From positions 2,852,001 to 2,916,000 of the forward strand of contig OZ059896.1 in the NCBI GenBank assembly GCA_964057225.1: a stretch of DNA of 64,000 nt. The letters run 5' to 3'. The notes under the pieces are model-generated. The model saw only the letters and a list, made by a program, of their open reading frames with translations, did no database searches and was not told the origin of the DNA. A program made the position numbers and the translations under genes. Source of the DNA: Auanema rhodensis. Taxonomy: Eukaryota; Animalia; Nematoda. Positions 27,205 through 39,400 of this stretch are shown one piece after another (position 1 is the stretch's first letter; every line of letters begins with the position of its first letter).

Positions 27205-30200
27205 AAGTTCACGTAAATTTCAAAGTCATGGTTACCATGAACCAATATCAATAAAAATTTGTTTTTAGACTAATTTGGACATGGGGAATCTAATTTTGAA
27301 AACCGCATCTCTTCATCTTTCACGTGAAGCGAGTTACATACCAAGTGCACATCACGTGTACATTTAATTAGCATAAATTAAAGTTCACGTAAATTTCAAA
27401 GTCATGGTGACCATGAACCAATATCAATAAAAATTTGTTTTTAGACTAATATGGACATGGGGAATTTAATTTTGAAAACCGCATCTATTTATCTTTCACG
27501 TGAAGCGAGTTACATACCAAGTGCACATCACGTGTACAATTAATTAGCATAAATTGAAGTTCACGTAAATTTCAAAGTCATGGTGACCATGAACCAATAT
27601 CAATAAAAATTTGTTTTTAGACTAATATGGACATGGGGAATTTAATTTTGAAAACCGCATCTATTTATCTTTCACGTGAAGCGAGTTACATACCAAGTGC
27701 ACATCACGTGTACATTTAATTAGCATAAATTAAAGTTCACGTAAATTTCAAAGTCATGGTGACCATGAACCAATATCAATAAAAATTTGTTTTTAGACTA
27801 ATATGGACATGGGGAATCTAATTTTGAAAACCGCATCTCTTTATCTTTCACGTGAAGCGAGTTACATACCAAGTGCACATCACGTGTACATTTAATTAGC
27901 ATAAATTAAAGTTCACGTAAATTTCAAAGTCATGGTTACCATGAACCAATATCAATAAAAATTTGTTTTTAGACTAATTTGGACATGGGGAATCTAATTT
28001 TGAAAACCGCATCTATTTATCTTTCACGTGAAGCGAGTTACATACCAAGAGCACATCACGTGTACATTTAATTAGCATAAATTAAAGTTCACGTAAATTT
28101 CAAAGTCATGGTTACCATGAACCAATATCAATAAAAATTTTTTTTAGACTAATTTGGACATGGGGAATTTAATTTTGAAAACCGCATCTATTTATCTTTC
28201 ACGTGAAGCGAGTTACATACCAAGTGCACATCACGTGTACATTTAATTAGCATAAATTAAAGTTCACGTAAATTTCAAAGTCATGGTGACCATGAACCAA
28301 TATCAATAAAAATTTGTTTTTAGACTAATATGGACATGGGGAATCTAATTTTGAAAACCGCATCTCTTTATCTTTCACGTGAAGCGAGTTACATACCAAG
28401 TGCACATCACGTGTACATTTAATTAGCATAAATTAAAGTTCACGTAAATTTCAAAGTCATGGTTACCATGAACCAATATCAATAAAAATTTGTTTTTAGA
28501 CTAATATGGACATGGGGAATCTAATTTTGAAAACCGCATCTCTTTATCTTTCACGTGAAGCGAGTTACATACCAAGTGCACATCACGTGTACATTAAATT
28601 AGCATAAATTAAAGTTCACGTAAATTTCAAAGTCATGGTTACCATGAACCAATATCAATAAAAATTTGTTTTTAGACTAATTTGGACATGGGGAATCTAA
28701 TTTTGAAAACCGCATCTCTTCATCTTTCACGTGAAGCGAGTTACATACCAAGTGCACATCACGTGTACATTTAATTAGCATAAATTAAAGTTCACGTAAA
28801 TTTCAAAGTCATGGTTACCATGAACCAATGTCAATAAAAATTTGTTTTTAGACTAATATGGACATGGGGAATCTAATTTTGAAAACCGCATCTCTTCATC
28901 TTTCACATGAAGCGAGTTACATACCAAGTGCACATCACGTGTACATTAAATTAGCATAAATTAAAGTTCACGTAAATTTCAAAGTCATGGTTACCATGAA
29001 CCAATATCAATAAAAATTTGTTTTTAGACTAATTTGGACATGGGGAATCTAATTTTGAAAACCGCATCTCTTCATCTTTCACGTGAAGCGAGTTACATAC
29101 CAAGTGCACATCACGTGTACATTTAATTAGCATAAATTAAAGTTCACGTAAATTTCAAAGTCATGGTGACCATGAACCAATATCAATAAAAATTTGTTTT
29201 TAGACTAATATGGACATGGGGAATCTAATTTTGAAAACCGCATCTCTTTATCTTTCACGTGAAGCGAGTTACATACCAAGTGCACATCACGTGTACATTA
29301 AATTAGCATAAATTAAAGTTCACGTAAATTTCAAAGTCATGGTTACCATGAACCAATATCAATAAAAATTTGTTTTTAGACTAATATGGACATGGGGAAT
29401 CTAATTTCGAAAACCGCATCTATTCATCTTTCACGTGAAGCGAGTTACATACCAAGTGCACATCACGTGTACATTTAATTAGCATAAATTAAAGTTCACG
29501 TAAATTTCAAAGTCATGGTTACCATGAACCAATATCAATAAAAATTTGTTTGTGAACTAATATGGACATGGGGAATCTAATTTTGGAAACCGCATCTCTT
29601 CATCTTTCACGTGAAGCGAGTTACATACCAAGTGCACATCACGTGTACAATTAATTAGCATAAATTAAAGTTCACGTAAATTTCAAAGTCATGGTTACCA
29701 TGCACCAATATCAATAAAAATTTGTTTTTAGACTAATATGGACATGGGGAATCTAACTTTGAAAACCGCATCTCTTTATCTCTCACGTGAAGCGAGTTAC
29801 ATACCAAGGGCACATCACGTGTACATTTAATTAGCATAAATTAAAGTTCACGTAAATTTCAAAGTCATGGTTACCATGCACCAATATCAATAAAAATTTG
29901 TTTTTAGACTAATATGGACATGGGGAATCTAATTTTGAAAACCGCATCTCTTTATCTTTCACGTGAAGCGAGTTACATACCAAGTGCACATCACGTGTAC
30001 ATTTAATTAGCATTAATTAAAGTTCACGTAAATTTCAAAGTCATGGTTACCATGAACCAATGTCAATAAAAATTTGTTTTTAGACTAATATGGACATGGG
30101 GAATCTAATTTTGAAAACCGCATCTCTTTATTTTTCACGTGAAGCGAGTTACATACCAAGTGCACATCACGTGTACATTTAATTAGCATAAATTAAAGTT

Positions 30201-32785
30201 CACGTAAATTTCAAAGTCATGGTTACCATGAACCAATATCAATAAAAATTTGTTTTTAGACTAATATGGACATGGGGAATCTAATTTCGAAAACCGCATC
30301 TATTTATCTTTCACGTGAAGCGAGTTACATACCAAGTGCACATCACGTGTACAATTAATTAGCATAAATTGAAGTTCACGTAAATTTCAAAGTCATGGTT
30401 ACCATGCACCAATATCAATAAAAATTTGTTTTTAGACTAATATGGACATGGGGAATCTAATTTTGAAAACCGCATCTCTTTATCTCTCAGGTGAAGCGAG
30501 TTACATACCAAGTGCACATCACGTGTACAATTAATTAGCAAAAATTAAAGTTCACGTAAATTTCAAAGTCATGGTTACCATGCACCAATATCAATAAAAA
30601 TTTGTTTTTAGACTAATATGGACATGGGAAATCTAATTTTGAAAACCGCATCTCTTTATTTTTCACGTGAAGCGAGTTACATACCAAGTGCACATCACGT
30701 GTACATTTAATTAGCATAAATTAAAGTTCACGTAAATTTCAAAGTCATGGTTACCATGAACCAATATCAATAAAAATTTGTTTTTAGACTAATTTGGACA
30801 TGGGGAATCTAATTTTGACAACCGCATCTATTTATCTTTCACGTGAAGCGAGTTACATACCAAGTGCACATCACGTGTACATTTAATTAGCATAAATTAA
30901 AGTTCACGTAAATTTCAAAGTCATGGTTACCATGAACCAATATCAATAAAAATTTGTTTTTAGACTAATATGGACATGGGGAATCTAATTTTGAAAACCG
31001 CATCTCTTTATCTCTCAGGTGAAGCGAGTTACATACCAAGTGCACATCACGTGTACAATTAATTAGCAAAAATTAAAGTTCACGTAAATTTCAAAGTCAT
31101 GGTTACCATGCACCAATATCAATAAAAATTTGTTTTTAGACTAATATGGACATGGGAAATCTAATTTTGAAAACCGCATCTCTTTATTTTTCACGTGAAG
31201 CGAGTTACATACCAAGTGCACATCACGTGTACATTTAATTAGCATAAATTAAAGTTCACGTAAATTTCAAAGTCATGGTTACCATGAACCAATATCAATA
31301 AAAATTTGTTTTTAGACTAATTTGGACATGGGGAATCTAATTTTGACAACCGCATCTATTTATCTTTCACGTGAAGCGAGTTACATACCAAGTGCACATC
31401 ACGTGTACATTTAATTAGCATAAATTAAAGTTCACGTAAATTTCAAAGTCATGGTTACCATGAACCAATATCAATAAAAATTTGTTTTTAGACTAATATG
31501 GACATGGGGAATCTAATTTCGAAAACCGCATCTATTTATCTTTCACGTGAAGCGAGTTACATACCAAGTGCACATCACGTGTACATTTAATTAGCATAAA
31601 TTAAAGTTCACGTAAATTTCAAAGTCATGGTTACCATGAACCAATATCAATAAAAATTTGTTTTTAGACTAATTTGGACATGGGGAATCTAATTTTGAAA
31701 ACCGCATCTATTTATCTTTCACGTAAAGCGAGTTACATACCAAGTGCACATCACGTGTACATTTAATTAGCATAAATTAAAGTTCACGTAAATTTCAAAG
31801 TCATGGTTACCATGAACCAATATCAATAAAAATTTGATTTTAGACTAATATGGACATGGGGAATCTAATTTTGGAAACCGCATCTCTTTATCTTTCACGT
31901 GAAGCGAGTTACATACCAAGTGCACATCACGTGTACATTTAATTAGCATGAATTAAAGTTCACGTAAATTTCAAAGTCATGGTTACCATAAACCAATATC
32001 AATAAAAATTTGTTTTTAGACTAATATGGACATGGGGAATCTAATTTCAAAAACCGCATCTATTTATCTTCCACGTGAAGCGAGTTACATACCAAGTGCA
32101 CATCACGTGTACATTTAATTAGCATAAATTAAAGTTCACGTAAATTTCAAAGTCATGGTTACCATGAACCAATATCAATAAAAATTTGTTTTTAGACTAA
32201 TATGGACATGGGGAATCTAATTTCGAAAACCGCATCTCTTTATCTTTCACGTAAAGCGAGTTACATACCAAGTGCACATCACGTGTACATTTAATTAGCA
32301 TAAATTAAAGTTCACGTAAATTTCAAAGTCATGGTTACCATGAACCAATATCAATAAAAATTTGATTTTAGACTAATATGGACATGGGGAATCTAATTTT
32401 GGAAACCGCATCTCTTTATCTTTCACGTGAAGCGAGTTACATACCAAGTGCACATCACGTGTACATTTAATTAGCATGAATTAAAGTTCACGTAAATTTC
32501 AAAGTCATGGTTACCATGAACCAATATCAATAAAAATTTGTTTTTAGACTAATATGGACATGGGGAATCTAATTTCGAAAACCGCATCTATTTATCTTTC
32601 ACGTGAAGCGAGTTACATACCAAGTGCACATCACGTGTACATTTAATTAGCATAAATTAAAGTTCACGTAAATTTCAAAGTCATGGTTACCATGAACCAA
32701 TATCAATAAAAATTTGTTTTTAGACTAATATGGACATGGGGAATCTAATTTCGAAAACCGCATCTCTTTATCTTTCACGTGAAGC
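27205..32785. repeat. Sat176 array, right segment; ends mid-monomer at ...TTCACGTGAAGC
   Basis: The same 176-bp monomer resumes in exact register after the LINE and terminates at 32785. Confidence 0.99.
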
Positions 32786-35700
32786 AAGCGTTTCTCAATG
32801 CAGTATAGTGCATTCGATGCGGATTTTTAAGCTGCGTCGATCTGTACTATCAGATTTGCGCTAGCTTGAAAATGCACCGAGATATGAACTGATATAAGTT
32901 CACACTTATATCCTCGATTTTCACCCTGAAGAATTAATTTTTTCGTTGAATAACATTGTCCATCGTTTTTGCCTTGAAAAAAGGAATCTAAAAACATCTA
33001 CTTTTTGCTAAATTATTTTGAAATTTTTCGAAAAAATTTTTGTCAAAATGTTTTTGGAAGCAATTTTGAGTGTACATGGAAACTCAACATACACTAATGC
33101 ATCATTTTTCAAACGATCATAACTTATTTTTGTATTAAGTGTTTCTCAATGTAGTATAATGCATTCGATGCGGATTTTTAAGCTGCGTCGATCTGTACTA
33201 TCAGATTTGCGCTAGCTTGAAAATGCACCGAGATATCAACTGATATAAGTTCACACTTATATCCTCGATTTTCACCCTGAAGAATTAATTTTTTCGTTGA
33301 ATAACATTGTCCATCGTTTTTGCCTCGAGAAAAGGAATCTAAAAACATCTACTTTTCGCTAAATTATTTTGAAATTTTTCGAAAAAATTTTTGTCAAAAT
33401 GTTTTTGGAAGCAATTTTGAGTGTACATGGAAACTCAACATACACTAATGCATCATTTTTCAAACGATCATAACTAATTTTTGTATTAAGCGTTTCTCAA
33501 TGTAGTATAGTGCATTCGATGCGGATTTTTAAGCTGCGTCGATCTGTACTATCAGATTTGCGCTAGCTTGAAAATGCACCGAGATATCAACTGATATAAG
33601 TTCACACTTATATCCTCGATTTTCACCCTGAAGAATTAATTTTTTCGTTGAATAACATTGTCAATCGTTTTTGCCTCGAAAAAAAGAATCTAAAAACATC
33701 TACTTTTCGCTAAATTATTTTGAAATTTTTCGAAAAAATTTTTGTCAAAATGTTTTTGGAAGCAATTTTGAGTGTACATGGAAACTCAACATACACTATT
33801 GCATCATTTTTCAAACGATCATAACTAATTTTTGTATTAAGCTTTTCTTAATGTAGTATAGTGCATTCGATGCGGATTTTTAAGCTGCGTCGATCTGTAC
33901 TATCAGATTTGCGCTAGCTTGAAAATGCACCGAGATATGAACTGATATAAGTTCACACTTATATCCTCGATTTTCACCCTGAAGAATTAATTTTTTCGTT
34001 GAATTACATTGTCCATCGTTTTTGCCTTGAAAAAAGGAATCTAAAAACATCTACTTTTCGCTAAATTATTTTGAAATTTTTCGAAAAAATTTTTGTCAAA
34101 ATGTTTTTGGAAGCAATTTTGAGTGTACATGGAAACTCAACATACACTAATGCATCATTTTTCAAACGATCATAACTTATTTTTGTATTAAGCGTTTCTC
34201 AATGTAGTATAGTGCATTCGATGCGGATTTTTAAGCTGCGTCGATCTGTACTATCAGATTTGCGCTAGCTTGAAAATGCACCGAGATATGAACTGATATA
34301 AGTTCACACTTATATCATCGATTTTCACCCTGAAGAATTAATTTTTTCGTTGAATTACATTGTCCATCGTTTTTGCCTTGAAAAAAGGAATCTAAAAACA
34401 TCTACTTTTCGCTAAATTATTTTGAAATTTTTCGAAAAAATTTTTGTCAAAATGTTTTTGGAAGCAATTTTGAGTGTACATGGAAACTCAACATACACTA
34501 ATGCATCATTTTTCAAACGATCATAACTAATTTTTGTATTAAGCGTTTCTCAATGTAGTATAGTGCATTCGATGCGGATTTTTAAGCTGCGTCGATCTGT
34601 ACTATCAGATTTGCGCTAGCTTGAAAATGCACCGAGATATGAACTGATATAAGTTCACACTTATATCCTCGATTTTCACCCTGAAGAATTAATTTTTTCG
34701 TTGAATAACATTGTCCATCGTTTTTGCCTTGAAAAAAGGAATCTAAAAACATCTACTTTTTGCTAAATTATTTTGAAATTTTTCGAAAAAATTTTTGTCA
34801 AAATGTTTTTGGAAGCAATTTTGAGTGTACATGGAAACTCAACATACACTAATGCATCATTTTTCAAACGATCATAACTTATTTTTGTATTAAGTGTTTC
34901 TCAATGTAGTATAATGCATTCGATGCGGATTTTTAAGCTGCGTCGATCTGTACTATCAGATTTGCGCTAGCTTGAAAATGCACCGAGATATCAACTGATA
35001 TAAGTTCACACTTATATCCTCGATTTTCACCCTGAAGAATTAATTTTTTCGTTGAATAACATTGTCCATCGTTTTTGCCTCGAGAAAAGGAATCTAAAAA
35101 CATCTACTTTTCGCTAAATTATTTTGAAATTTTTCGAAAAAATTTTTGTCAAAATGTTTTTGGAAGCAATTTTGAGTGTACATGGAAACTCAACATACAC
35201 TAATGCATCATTTTTCAAACGATCATAACTAATTTTTGTATTAAGCGTTTCTCAATGTAGTATAGTGCATTCGATGCGGATTTTTAAGCTGCGTCGATCT
35301 GTACTATCAGATTTGCGCTAGCTTGAAAATGCACCGAGATATGAACTGATATAAGTTCACACTTATATCCTCGATTTTCACCCTGAAGAATTAATTTTTT
35401 CGTTGAATTACATTGTCCATCGTTTTTGCCTTGAAAAAAGGAATCTAAAAACATCTACTTTTCGCTAAATTATTTCGAAATTTTTCGAAAAAATTTTTGT
35501 CAAAATGTTTTTGGAAGCAATTTTGAGTGTACATGGAAACTCAACATACACTATTGCATCATTTTTCAAACGATCATAACTAATTTTTGTATTAAGCTTT
35601 TCTTAATGTAGTATAGTGCATTCGATGCGGCTTTTAAGCTGCGTCGATCTGTACTATCAGATTTGCGCTAGCTTGAAAATGCACCGAGATATGAACTGAT

Positions 35701-36499
35701 ATAAGTTCACACTTATATCCTCGATTTTCACCCTGAAGAATTAATTTTTTCGTTGAATTACATTGTCCATCGTTTTTGCCTTGAAAAAAGGAATCTAAAA
35801 ACATCTACTTTTCGCTAAATTATTTTGAAATTTTTCGAAAAAATTTTTGTCAAAATGTTTTTGGAAGCAATTTTGAGTGTACATGGAAACTCAACATACA
35901 CTAATGCATCATTTTTCAAACGATCATAACTAATTTTTGTATTAAGCGTTTCTCAATGTAGTATAGTGCATTCGATGCGGATTTTTAAGCTGCGTCGATC
36001 TGTACTATCAGATTTGCGCTAGCTTGAAAATGCACCGAGATATGAACTGATATAAGTTCACACTTATATCCTCGATTTTCACCCTGAAGAATTAATTTTT
36101 TCGTTGAATAACATTGTCCATCGTTTTTGCCTTGAAAAAAGGAATCTAAAAACATCTACTTTTTGCTAAATTATTTTGAAATTTTTCGAAAAAATTTTTG
36201 TCAAAATGTTTTTGGAAGCAATTTTGAGTGTACATGGAAACTCAACATACACTAATGCATCATTTTTCAAACGATCATAACTTATTTTTGTATTAAGTGT
36301 TTCTCAATGTAGTATAGTGCATTCGATGCGGATTTTTAAGCTGCGTCGATCTGTACTATCAGATTTGCGCTAGCTTGAAAATGCACCGAGATATCAACTG
36401 ATATAAGTTCACACTTATATCCTCGATTTTCACCCTGAAGAATTAATTTTTTCGTTGAATAACATTGTCCATCGTTTTTGCCTCGAGAAAAGGAATCTA

Positions 36500-39400
36500 A
36501 AAACATCTACTTTTCGCTAAATTATTTTGAAATTTTTCGAAAAAATTTTTGTCAAAATGTTTTTGGAAGCAATTTTGAGTGTACATGGAAACTCAACATA
36601 CACTAATGCATCATTTTTCAAACGATCATAACTAATTTTTGTATTAAGCGTTTCTCAATGTAGTATAGTGCATTCGATGCGGATTTTTAAGCTGCGTCGA
36701 TCTGTACTATCAGATTTGCGCTAGCTTGAAAATGCACCGAGATATCAACTGATATAAGTTCACACTTATATCCTCGATTTTCACCCTGAAGAATTAATTT
36801 TTTCATTGAATAACATTGTCCATCGTTTTTGCCTCGAGAAAAGGAATCTAAAAACATCTACTTTTCGCTAAATTATTTTGAAATTTTTCGAAAAAATTTT
36901 TGTCAAAATGTTTTTGGAAGCAATTTTGAGTGTACATGGAAACTCAACATACACTAATGCATCATTTTTCAAACGATCATAACTAATTTTTGTATTAAGC
37001 GTTTCTCAATGTAGTATAGTGCATTAGATGCGGATTTTTAAGCTGCGTCGATCTGTACTATCAGATTTGCGCTAGCTTGAAAATGCACCGAGATATGAAC
37101 TGATATAAGTTCACACTTATATCCTCGATTTTCACCCTGAAGAATTAATTTTTTCGTTGAATTACATTGTCCATCGTTTTTGCCTTGAAAAAAGGAATCT
37201 AAAAACATCTACTTTTCGCTAAATTATTTTGAAATTTTTCGAAAAAATTTTTGTCAAAATGTTTTTGGAAGCAATTTTGAGTGTACATGGAAACTCAACA
37301 TACACTAATGCATCATTTTTCAAACGATCATAACTTATTTTTGTATTAAGCGTTTCTCAATGTAGTATAGTGCATTCGATGCGGATTTTTAAGCTGCGTC
37401 GATCTGTACTATCAGATTTGCGCTAGCTTGAAAATGCACCGAGATATGAACTGATATAAGTTCACACTTATATCCTCGATTTTCACCCTGAAGAATTAAT
37501 TTTTTCGTTGAATAACATTGTCCATCGTTTTTGCCTTGAAAAAAGGAATCTAAAAACATCTACTTTTTGCTAAATTATTTTGAAATTTTTCGAAAAAATT
37601 TTTGTCAAAATGTTTTTGGAAGCAATTTTGAGTGTACATGGAAACTCAACATACACTAATGCATCATTTTTCAAACGATCATAACTTATTTTTGTATTAA
37701 GTGTTTCTCAATGTAGTATGATGCATTCGATGCGGATTTTTAAGCTGCGTCGATCTGTACTATCAGATTTGCGCTAGCTTGAAAATGCACCGAGATATCA
37801 ACTGATATAAGTTCACACTTATATCCTCGATTTTCACCCTGAAGAATTAATTTTTTCGTTGAATAACATTGTCCATCGTTTTTGCCTCGAGAAAAGGAAT
37901 CTAAAAACATCTACTTTTCGCTAAATTATTTTGAAATTTTTCGAAAAAATTTTTGTCAAAATGTTTTTGGAAGCAATTTTGAGTGTACATGGAAACTCAA
38001 CATACACTAATGCATCATTTTTCAAACGATCATAACTAATTTTTGTATTAAGCGTTTCTCAATGTAGTATAGTGCATTCGATGCGGATTTTTAAGCTGCG
38101 TCGATCTGTACTATCAGATTTGCGCTAGCTTGAAAATGCACCGAGATATCAACTGATATAAGTTCACACTTATATCCTCGATTTTCACCCTGAAGAATTA
38201 ATTTTTTCGTTGAATAACATTGTCCATCGTTTTTGCCTCGAGAAAAGGAATCTAAAAACATCTACTTTTCGCTAAATTATTTTGAAATTTTTCGAAAAAA
38301 TTTTTGTCAAAATGTTTTTGGAAGCAATTTTGAGTGTACATGGAAACTCAACATACACTAATGCATCATTTTTCAAACGATCATAACTAATTTTTGTATT
38401 AAGCGTTTCTCAATGTAGTATAGTGCATTCGATGCGGATTTTTAAGCTGCGTCGATCTGTACTATCAGATTTGCGCTAGCTTGAAAATGCACCGAGATAT
38501 CAACTGATATAAGTTCACACTTATATCCTCGATTTTCACCCTGAAGAATTAATTTTTTCATTGAATAACATTGTCCATCGTTTTTGCCTCGAGAAAAGGA
38601 ATCTAAAAACATCTACTTTTCGCTAAATTATTTTGAAATTTTTCGAAAAAATTTTTGTCAAAATGTTTTTGGAAGCAATTTTGAGTGTACATGGAAACTC
38701 AACATACACTAATGCATCATTTTTCAAACGATCATAACTAATTTTTGTATTGAGCGTTTCTCAATGTAGTATAGTGCATTAGATGCGGATTTTTAAGCTG
38801 CGTCGATCTGTACTATCAGATTTGCGCTAGCTTGAAAATGCACCGAGATATGAACTGATATAAGTTCACACTTATATCCTCGATTTTCACCCTGAAGAAT
38901 TAATTTTTTCGTTGAATTACATTGTCCATCGTTTTTGCCTTGAAAAAAGGAATCTAAAAACATCTACTTTTCGCTAAATTATTTTGAAATTTTTCGAAAA
39001 AATTTTTGTCAAAATGTTTTTGGAAGCAATTTTGAGTGTACATGGAAACTCAACATACACTAATGCATCATTTTTCAAACGATCATAACTAATTTTTGTA
39101 TTGAGCGTTTCTCAATGTAGTATAGTGCATTAGATGCGGATTTTTAAGCTGCGTCGATCTGTACTATCAGATTTGCGCTAGCTTGAAAATGCACCGAGAT
39201 ATGAACTGATATAAGTTCACACTTATATCCTCGATTTTCACCCTGAAGAATTAATTTTTTCGTTGAATAACATTGTCCATCGTTTTTGCCTTGAAAAAAG
39301 GAATCTAAAAACATCTACTTTTTGCTAAATTATTTTGAAATTTTTCGAAAAAATTTTTGTCAAAATGTTTTTGGAAGCAATTTTGAGTGTACATGGAAAC

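Noticed and set aside
27201-27206. Possible TTA target-site duplication at the LINE junctions
   Set aside because: It would require loss of one A from the target TTAAAG. A blunt insertion restores the monomer exactly, and the ATTT bases are in-frame LINE codons.
33001-33070. Phased A-tracts implying intrinsic curvature
   Set aside because: Tract spacing is irregular (about 8-14 bp), so 10.5-bp phasing cannot be claimed without computation.
32786-33136. Sat351 as a simple dimer of Sat176, or as a 5S/tRNA/snRNA/SL-RNA gene array
   Set aside because: No continuous alignment to Sat176 or between its halves is visible, only short words. No recognisable RNA-gene sequence or Pol III boxes.
33671-33856. 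61-aa plus-strand ORF from the ORF track
   Set aside because: It lies inside a Sat351 monomer, starts at TTG, and is open only because this copy has CACTATT instead of CACTAAT (stop lost). No protein features.
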